Shown piece after piece: positions 57,416 to 64,000 of a DNA stretch of 64,000 nt (within the stretch, counting starts at the first letter, position 1; each line of letters begins with the position of its first letter). This DNA is from Spirochaetes bacterium GWE1_32_154 (GTDB lineage: Bacteria; Spirochaetota; GWE2-31-10). The stretch lies in assembly GCA_001829315.1 (NCBI GenBank), contig MIAY01000011.1, positions 69,403 to 133,402 on the forward strand. Direction: 5' to 3'. The notes beneath the pieces were generated by a model. It was not told where the DNA came from. It was given only the letters and a program-made list of their open reading frames with translations, and made no database searches. Made by a program: the position numbers and the translations under genes.

Positions 57416-58793
57416 AAAATATTTTATCAAGTATATCGTTGGGTGTTATTTCTCCGGTTATTTCCCCAAGACTATTGAGTGATTGTCGCAAATCAAAAGC
57501 GGCTAAATCAAGTATTTGATTATGCATATTAGTTTTAGCATTCGATAATGAATTGATACTTTCAAGCAGTTTGTTTGCATGCCTTTCGTTTGTGATAATC
57601 GGATCTGTACTTTCTGTGATTGATGTATTGGTTACCAGTTCTATAAATTGAGTATTAAATTCTTCTATACCGGTTTTTTGTATGGCACTCATTCCAATAA
57701 TTCTAAAGTTTATGAAATGATTTTCAATAAAATTAGTTATTTCATTGATTAATTGATTCTTTTTTTCCTGAATTAAATCGATTTTGTTGACGATTATAAT
57801 GGTTTTTTTATCAGAGCTGATTGATTGAATATTAACTTTGTCATTATCAGTTAATCCTTCACTTCCTGATAAAACATACAATACAATATCTGATTTATCA
57901 GAAATGCTGATTGCTCTTTTAGTCCCTTCGAGTTCTATCGGGTCAAGTGTTTTCCTTAAGCCGGCAGTATCGTATAATCGAACGCCATACCCTGATATAT
58001 TGATAACACCATCCAGATAATCTCTTGTCGTTCCGTGAATATCTGATACAATTGCTTTATCTTCATTGAGAAGGTAATTAAATAAAGTTGATTTCCCTGC
58101 ATTGGTTTTACCGAGAATTGCAGCCTGAATACCTTCTCTAATATATTTACCCCGTGTAAAACCATTGAGCATTGTGTTACTTTGATTAATTATTGAATCA
58201 ATAGCACCGGTCCAGACAGCAGTATCAAGCGATAAATCCTCTTCAGGGTAATCAATATATACTTCAATTTCAGCAAGTAAATCAGCTACAAGATTTTTTA
58301 TAAAATTGATTTCATTTTTTACTGTTCCATTAAGTTGTTTAACGGCAATATTCGCTGCTTGTTTTGTTGATGCATTCACAACATCCATTATTGCTTCGGC
58401 TTCGGATAAATCGATTTTGCCATTTAAAAATGCCCGTTTTGAAAACTCACCGGGTTCAGCAAGTCTTCCACCGGTTTTGCAAATAATTCGTAGAATTAGC
58501 GCAATTACTATTTCACTGCCATGAGAATTGATTTCAAAACTCTCTTCACCGGTAAAACTTTTTCCTTCAGAGAATGTAATAACTAGAGCATCATCGATAA
58601 TTTCTTCATTATCAAAGATAGTGCCATAATAGGCATGATGACTTTTAAAAGTAAACCCGGGATTGAACTTTTTCCTGAATATTTTGTGTAAAAGTGCATG
58701 ACAACCGTTTCCACTCACTCTGATTATTGCTATAGCAGAACCACCTGCTGGTGTAGCTCGTGCACAAATGATGTCTTCTGTATCTGAACTCAT
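57393..58793 (-). CDS. mnmE: tRNA modification GTPase MnmE (TrmE)
   Basis: G1 GKTNAGKSTL, DTAGLR, NKIDL, and the C-terminal FCVGK tetrapeptide motif. Confidence 0.95.
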   Translation of the reverse strand: MSSDTEDIICARATPAGGSAIAIIRVSGNGCHALLHKIFRKKFNPGFTFKSHHAYYGTIFDNEEIIDDALVITFSEGKSFTGEESFEINSHGSEIVIALILRIICKTGGRLAEPGEFSKRAFLNGKIDLSEAEAIMDVVNASTKQAANIAVKQLNGTVKNEINFIKNLVADLLAEIEVYIDYPEEDLSLDTAVWTGAIDSIINQSNTMLNGFTRGKYIREGIQAAILGKTNAGKSTLFNYLLNEDKAIVSDIHGTTRDYLDGVINISGYGVRLYDTAGLRKTLDPIELEGTKRAISISDKSDIVLYVLSGSEGLTDNDKVNIQSISSDKKTIIIVNKIDLIQEKKNQLINEITNFIENHFINFRIIGMSAIQKTGIEEFNTQFIELVTNTSITESTDPIITNERHANKLLESINSLSNAKTNMHNQILDLAAFDLRQSLNSLGEITGEITPNDILDKIFSTFCVGK

Positions 58794-58798
58794 TAGAA

Positions 58799-59209
58799 TT
58801 ATTTCTCCTCAAAATGCATGGTTGAAATAAGGTTATTCATTTCATTCGTATTTTTAATAATATTTGTATATTGTAGTATTAAACCATTTTCTTCTAAAGT
58901 CGCCATGATTTTTACAAAAATTTTATCAGGAAATGGTTTTTTGTTAATAATCAGACTTCCATATTTAACGTTAAGATCACCTCGAACCTTGAGGAATTGT
59001 TTAAGTTCAGGTAGTGCAGATTTTTGAAAAAAAGTACCCGCATCAACAAAGAAAATTAGATGTTTATTTATTGTGAATCTTTCGTTTATATCCGTATTTT
59101 CATTATAAACCTTGATCGAATGGCCTTTTTCAACAAGTTTTCTATGTACATCCTTGCTGAACTGTAATAATTGCGGATTATTGCCAATGGTAACTATACC
59201 AATTCTCAT
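58799..59209 (-). CDS. hypothetical protein (136 aa)
   Basis: Clean ORF 5 nt upstream of mnmE. MRIGIVTIGNN.. suggests a Rossmann/flavodoxin-like beta-alpha start. No motif assigned. Confidence 0.55.
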   Translation of the reverse strand: MRIGIVTIGNNPQLLQFSKDVHRKLVEKGHSIKVYNENTDINERFTINKHLIFFVDAGTFFQKSALPELKQFLKVRGDLNVKYGSLIINKKPFPDKIFVKIMATLEENGLILQYTNIIKNTNEMNNLISTMHFEEK

Positions 59210-59223
59210 TTTATTCTCCGTTT

Positions 59224-60651
59224 TTAGTAAAAGTGATAGGATATAGGGATTTTATAAATCAGAACTTTTTCTTCATTGTGATCAATTTTAGAAAAAATTC
59301 TGGATATTTTAAAAATATCATCTTCAGAAGTTGATATATTTAGATTGTAAAATCTTTTATTTTTGGTTTGAATGTAATTTTTTTTCAATAATGCAACATC
59401 ATCCTTTTCCAGTAAAGCCAATTTTTTTATAAGTATTTCATTTTCAAAGGTATCCCGTGTAAATGATTGAGTCAGATGATTTCTAACAAGTTTACCATAA
59501 TCTGTTTCTTCACCGCTTTCAAATACCCGTAAAATAAATTTTTTACCTCTTGAGTAAGGTACTATTGTTGTCATGTGATAAAATTTGGGTATCAAACTGG
59601 AATATGAAGCGTACTTATTGAACACAATGACATAAAAAAAATGAGGATATTTAAGCTGGTCCCGAAATAAAATATGTGCAATATCATCTATACCAAAGCC
59701 TCGATTTTTATAGTATGGCGAGTACAAATCATCTTTTATTTCAATAGCTTTATCAGAAAGTAATGGTGTATTGTTATTGAATAGGGTATTAAGATTTTCC
59801 ATCCAATCCTTGCCAAAGTAAGGATCTTCTGTAAATTCGTATCGTGCATTTTGAATTCGTGAGTAATTTTCATCACTGAAATTTCTTTTTTTTAATATAT
59901 CGATTTGAGATCTTTTATCAGTATTGTTTATTTTCATCAGATAACGGTCATAAATCTCTTTGATAAAACCGCTACAGTTTAGCCCATTTTCAGTTTCTTT
60001 AAGTGGTTCCAAAGAATTTATACTTACATATTCATTAAAGTCATTTATTGCACCGTCATTTGAATAAGGTGATAGAGATGGAATTATTATTTGATTGATA
60101 AACTTAATTTTTATGTCATAATCGTTTTCTTTGATGAGTACTTCTTCATTCAGTTTTTGTTCATCTAAAATTGATATAATTGAATAAAATGGAAGAAATT
60201 TAAGTTTTTCAATGTCAAAATAGTATTTTATCCCGGATTTAAAAACCTTTCCAAGTAAAATAACATCAAATTCTTTCTTTTGAACATTTTTAAAAAGTAA
60301 ATAAGAGTCGTTATTTTCAAGGAAAAAAACTTTTACAAGAAGAAGTTTTTTATTAGTATCAAATCGATAGACAATTCTACCGTATGTTTTATAATTATTT
60401 TTACCATTGGTTGCCGGATAAAATGCAATATCATATCCGTTATCCCATTTTGAGAAGATGATCCCGACATCTCTACCGTCATCACTTACAATTTCACTAA
60501 ATTCTTTTAATACGGTAAAATCAAGGTTTTTATCGAAGAAAAAATCTTTTCGTACATTAACCGTATCATAATATTGGTCATGATTTGAATTAGAAAAAGC
60601 TGTAAATACTGATACTATGAATAATATGCTAATTAATGTAAATCTTTCCAT
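59224..60651 (-). CDS. secreted hypothetical protein, possible papain-fold (NlpC/P60-like) cysteine hydrolase
   Basis: Signal peptide. GLNCSGFIKEIYD resembles the catalytic DCSG(L/F) of NlpC/P60-type enzymes, with a downstream His (FYHMTTIV). Weak assignment. Confidence 0.5.
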   Translation of the reverse strand: MERFTLISILFIVSVFTAFSNSNHDQYYDTVNVRKDFFFDKNLDFTVLKEFSEIVSDDGRDVGIIFSKWDNGYDIAFYPATNGKNNYKTYGRIVYRFDTNKKLLLVKVFFLENNDSYLLFKNVQKKEFDVILLGKVFKSGIKYYFDIEKLKFLPFYSIISILDEQKLNEEVLIKENDYDIKIKFINQIIIPSLSPYSNDGAINDFNEYVSINSLEPLKETENGLNCSGFIKEIYDRYLMKINNTDKRSQIDILKKRNFSDENYSRIQNARYEFTEDPYFGKDWMENLNTLFNNNTPLLSDKAIEIKDDLYSPYYKNRGFGIDDIAHILFRDQLKYPHFFYVIVFNKYASYSSLIPKFYHMTTIVPYSRGKKFILRVFESGEETDYGKLVRNHLTQSFTRDTFENEILIKKLALLEKDDVALLKKNYIQTKNKRFYNLNISTSEDDIFKISRIFSKIDHNEEKVLIYKIPISYHFY

Positions 60652-62044
60652 CCGCCGCCTCGCTAAGGTTTATTACCTTTACAATATCGGCTTTTTTTAA
60701 ATTAACTTCATTATTAAAGAATTCTCTATCAGGTGCAAAAAGTGGTGATATTTCAATTATCGCAGTATCATTCACAGTAAAACCATTATCTTTAAGCCAT
60801 GATTGGTATAATTTAATCTGCCCCTCAATTGTAGTTTCAATTGAATCAAGCCCTGTAGTATTTTTTAAAGGAAAAAATTCTTCTGTTCGTAGTGTTTCAA
60901 AAAAAGTTGCATTATGAGCAAATGGTATAGTGTCAAAAACAAATGTTTCAAATTTAGTCGCCGATAAGCTGGTTTCTGATGGTATATCCACAGTGAAATC
61001 AATGCCGTTTATTTTTTTATTTGCACAGTGAACGGGTAACCGTTTCGTTATTTCTTTAATAAAATTTACATTAAAAATATGTATACCGATTGAACCCATT
61101 AGATATTTTATTCTGCCGGAATTGTCTTTTTCATTCATCATTTCAGGTGTCATATCAGAATATTCGATTATTTGATGTGTACCGGTTACAGTGTCCTTGA
61201 CTATTGTTCCCAATTTCTCATCAGGATATGCTTTTTTAATTACTTTTGTTGTCACTTGAGACTGATTAAGAATATGATAGCCTATAAAATACGGATCAGC
61301 CATATTTAATACAGGATTATCAACCTGAAAATACGATAGGTACTTTATTTTATTCTCTATCATTGAGTCTGTTAAGCCGGATTTATTAAGAGCTGTCAAA
61401 ATTCCTCCGTGACCATCAGGATTCATAAAAATGGTTGACTTGTTTTTTAGAATTAATCTACCATCTGCTGTTAATGACGGTAACATTCCCTGTTTAAAGA
61501 AATGTACATTGTCAGTTTTTAGTCCAAAATAATTGTGAGTTATAAAGAAATTAATTGTATCCGTATAATTATCTTCTGAAGTCATTATATACCATTGAAA
61601 ACTTTGTTTATAATGATTTGAATAAAATAATATTTTCTCGGCAAATATTCTGAACAACGAGTGTTTTTTTATAGGTGATATTCCAAAACAACCTTTTGGT
61701 TGTTCAAAACCAAGTCTTGATGCCTGCCCGCCGGCTACTGTTAGAAACGCTACTTCACCGGATTGTAATGCATTGATTCCTGCGTGTTTGTATGTTGTAT
61801 TTCTTTCATCAATACTAAGTGATTGTGCCGGAGTGTAAACAGAATTGTTATTATTTTCCTGATCGTTCATTACATTAAAGTATTTTTCAACAAGTTCTAA
61901 GTCAATCGAATGAATAGTATGTACTAAAGAGTCCTTTTCTATATCCGAAAGTTCATTCCAATAAAAAAGTATATGTTCATTATTTGATGAAATCATTTTT
62001 TCTATGGCGATTGAATCTGATTCATTTCGTATTGTATAGTTCAT
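60629..62044 (-). CDS. UDP-N-acetylhexosamine pyrophosphorylase, eukaryotic UAP1/QRI1-type (UDPGP family)
   Basis: Colinear with human UAP1 motifs: VAGGQASRLGFEQPKG (LAGGQGTRLG..PKG), WYIMTS, FFKQGMLP, PDGHGG, YFQVDN. Confidence 0.8.
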   Translation of the reverse strand: MNYTIRNESDSIAIEKMISSNNEHILFYWNELSDIEKDSLVHTIHSIDLELVEKYFNVMNDQENNNNSVYTPAQSLSIDERNTTYKHAGINALQSGEVAFLTVAGGQASRLGFEQPKGCFGISPIKKHSLFRIFAEKILFYSNHYKQSFQWYIMTSEDNYTDTINFFITHNYFGLKTDNVHFFKQGMLPSLTADGRLILKNKSTIFMNPDGHGGILTALNKSGLTDSMIENKIKYLSYFQVDNPVLNMADPYFIGYHILNQSQVTTKVIKKAYPDEKLGTIVKDTVTGTHQIIEYSDMTPEMMNEKDNSGRIKYLMGSIGIHIFNVNFIKEITKRLPVHCANKKINGIDFTVDIPSETSLSATKFETFVFDTIPFAHNATFFETLRTEEFFPLKNTTGLDSIETTIEGQIKLYQSWLKDNGFTVNDTAIIEISPLFAPDREFFNNEVNLKKADIVKVINLSEAADGKIYIN

Positions 62045-62349
62045 TGCTTTAAACTCCTTAGCAATATCAGAATTTCTGTTAATTCATTTCTTAAACTACC
62101 GGGTTTGTCATTGTGTTTATGTAATTGTTTTATTGCACCTTTAATAGTCATGCCGTCATCATACAGTGATTTTTTTATAGTTGTAATAATTTGAATATCA
62201 TTGTGAGTGTAAACCCTGTGTCCGAATTTATTTTTAATCGGTGAAAGTTCCGGGAATTGATCTTCCCAGAACCGTAAGACACTTTGTTTTATACCTGTAA
62301 TCTCAGAAATTTCACCAATTGTATAATATTGTTTATTCCCAGTGTTCAT
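62041..62349 (-). CDS. MerR-family transcriptional regulator (short, DNA-binding domain only)
   Basis: YTIGEISEITGIKQSVLRFWEDQF..L.P ... GHRVYTHNDI is the MerR HTH and wing. 102 aa. Confidence 0.8.
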   Translation of the reverse strand: MNTGNKQYYTIGEISEITGIKQSVLRFWEDQFPELSPIKNKFGHRVYTHNDIQIITTIKKSLYDDGMTIKGAIKQLHKHNDKPGSLRNELTEILILLRSLKQ

Positions 62350-63334
62350 GTTTTTCTTTTCTGCTAAAGAGTCTTTTTAAAGAATCCATAATAGAATCGT
62401 TTTCATAAATAATCTTATAAAGTTCTTCAGTGAGTGGCATTTCAACGGATAATTTATCTGCAAAGTTTTTAATTGACTTGCAGTTTTTAACACCTTCGGC
62501 TACCATCGCCATTGAAGATGTAATCTCATCAATTTTTTGTCCTTTACCAAGAAGCTCACCAACATGTCTGTTTCTTGAATGTTTAGAACAACAGGTAACA
62601 ATAAGATCACCCATTCCTGCTAAACCTGAAAAGGTTTTTTCATTTGCACCGGCTTTTTTACCCAGTCTTATAATTTCTGCCATACCTCGCGTCATTAATG
62701 CAGCTTTGGTATTATCACCAAAACCGATACCGTCTGAAATTCCGGCGATAATTGCAATGACATTTTTTACTGCTGCACCAATCTCAACACCAATTATATC
62801 TTCGTTTGTATATACCCTAAGATATTCAGTCATAAATGCTTTTTGAACTTCTTCAGCAACAGAAATGTCTTTACAGGCAGCAACAATAGTTGAAGGTACT
62901 TTTTTACTTACTTCTTCCGCATGTGTTGGTCCTGATAATGCAACAACACCTTTTTTGTGAGGGACAACTGAATCGATTATTTCAGTCATTCTCATAAAAG
63001 TGCCGTCTTCAATTCCTTTTGTAACAGATACAATAATTTGAGTATTATTAATAAATTGTGCAGCATTTACTGATAAAGAGCGGATGGCAAAAGAAGGGAC
63101 TGCAAAAATTATTAAATAGGCATTTTTTATTGCGGATCCTAAATCATTCGTTACGGTAAAATTATCAGGAAATCTGATGCCGGGTAAAAACTTTTTATTT
63201 TCTTTTTCAGTGTTCAATAATTCTGCAACTTTAGCATCAAACTCCCACATCGTAACAGTATATTTGCTTGCTAACAGAATCGCCAGTGTATTTCCCCACG
63301 AACCGGCACCAAGAACGGCAACCTTTTGTTTCAT
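62333..63334 (-). CDS. gpsA: NAD(P)H-dependent glycerol-3-phosphate dehydrogenase
   Basis: VAVLGAGSWGNTLA, GPTHAEEV, GAAVKNVIAI, GLAGMGDLIVTCCSKHSRNR. Confidence 0.95.
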   Translation of the reverse strand: MKQKVAVLGAGSWGNTLAILLASKYTVTMWEFDAKVAELLNTEKENKKFLPGIRFPDNFTVTNDLGSAIKNAYLIIFAVPSFAIRSLSVNAAQFINNTQIIVSVTKGIEDGTFMRMTEIIDSVVPHKKGVVALSGPTHAEEVSKKVPSTIVAACKDISVAEEVQKAFMTEYLRVYTNEDIIGVEIGAAVKNVIAIIAGISDGIGFGDNTKAALMTRGMAEIIRLGKKAGANEKTFSGLAGMGDLIVTCCSKHSRNRHVGELLGKGQKIDEITSSMAMVAEGVKNCKSIKNFADKLSVEMPLTEELYKIIYENDSIMDSLKRLFSRKEKHEHWE

Positions 63335-63861
63335 TATATTTCTCCGAAAATAAATAGTACTTGAGTGTTTTCAAAACAATCGTTGTATACAGTATAGAAT
63401 ATTTCATATAAATAGCCAACTATATTCTAATACTATTTTGAAAATATTTTTTAATTTCTTATTGACATCATTTTATCCCGGTTATAATTACGCCTGTTAA
63501 TAAATTGTAAATAACATTTTGAGTGTATAGATTGTTATAACGTTATTTTAATTATACAGTTTTGTGTTGTTTTTCTAAGTTGTTTTGTAGATATGAGATA
63601 TAGGTCTGTCAATAGAAAACTATATAAATTTTGAATTCAAATTATTTAATCAAATAAAAAAATAAAGTTAATAGATTGTTAATAACTTATTCATAACTTA
63701 TCAATATCTGTTTATTATGGTATATATTCTCTTGTATTCACTGAATTTAGCAATATCAGAGTGAATGTTTCACGAAAATAAAATATACAATTTTAGGTCT
63801 TAAATAAATTTAAATACTATGGTATATATAGTTATCTTTAAGTGAGTATACGGAGAATTGT

Positions 63862-64000
63862 GATGAAAAAAGTAATCGGTCTACTGGTATTTTTTATATT
63901 TATTTTATCCTGCAAAAATAAAGTAGTTTCAGATTCAATAATAATCTCGGTTCCTGATACTTTATCGTCTATTCCGGTTTATCAGCTGGATGGAGAAATT
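63862..64000 (+). CDS. lipoprotein, N-terminal fragment (continues beyond window)
   Basis: ATG 63862 lies 6 nt after GGAGA. MKKVIGLLVFFIFILSCKNK (lipobox ILSC). Open to the window end. Confidence 0.6.

Overview
Low-GC (about 30% G+C by eye) bacterial chromosomal segment, densely coding and mostly housekeeping. The domain repertoire suggests a spirochaete-like organism (inference only, no search possible): PlzA-like xPilZ-PilZ receptor, HD-GYP protein, FlhB-C-like small protein, TIGR01784/Rpn-type PD-(D/E)XK nuclease, CHASE2 cyclases and many lipobox proteins.

Recognisable core genes:
- The conserved ffh-rpsP-KH-rimM-trmD-rplS block, then yraN, miaB and mutS.
- A malE-malF-malG sugar ABC operon with no ATPase gene.
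- htpG, lgt, a murF-like ligase and a phosphohexomutase.
- A minus-strand operon gpsA-merR-UAP1-like-hyp-hyp-mnmE.
- An OmpR/HK two-component pair, thioredoxin and a CDF metal exporter.

I recognised no rRNA, tRNA or CRISPR array.

Observations most worth follow-up:
1. A dispersed family of structured hairpin repeats (core GAGCYTCTTGCAAAAAT), seven copies. One copy is a clean 120-nt in-frame insertion in a CHASE2 gene, which implies recent mobility without any visible transposase.
2. The same CHASE2 gene is also truncated by a G+C-rich non-coding segment plus an Rpn-like nuclease gene, bracketed by two of the hairpin repeats.
3. A tightly coupled six-gene operon of secreted/outer-membrane proteins, a FecR-domain protein and a CHASE2 class III cyclase. 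Nearby lies a giant TLC-like transporter-HEAT-2x cNMP-binding fusion.
4. Unusual fusions or insertions: ATP-grasp fused to an FMN-dependent dehydrogenase, a membrane-anchored MurF-like ligase, giant periplasmic loops in MalF and MalG, and an L19 insertion.
5. Two genes whose signal peptide or TM segment lies upstream of any canonical start, each with an SD plus ATT.

All functional calls rest on motifs read by eye. No database search was run.
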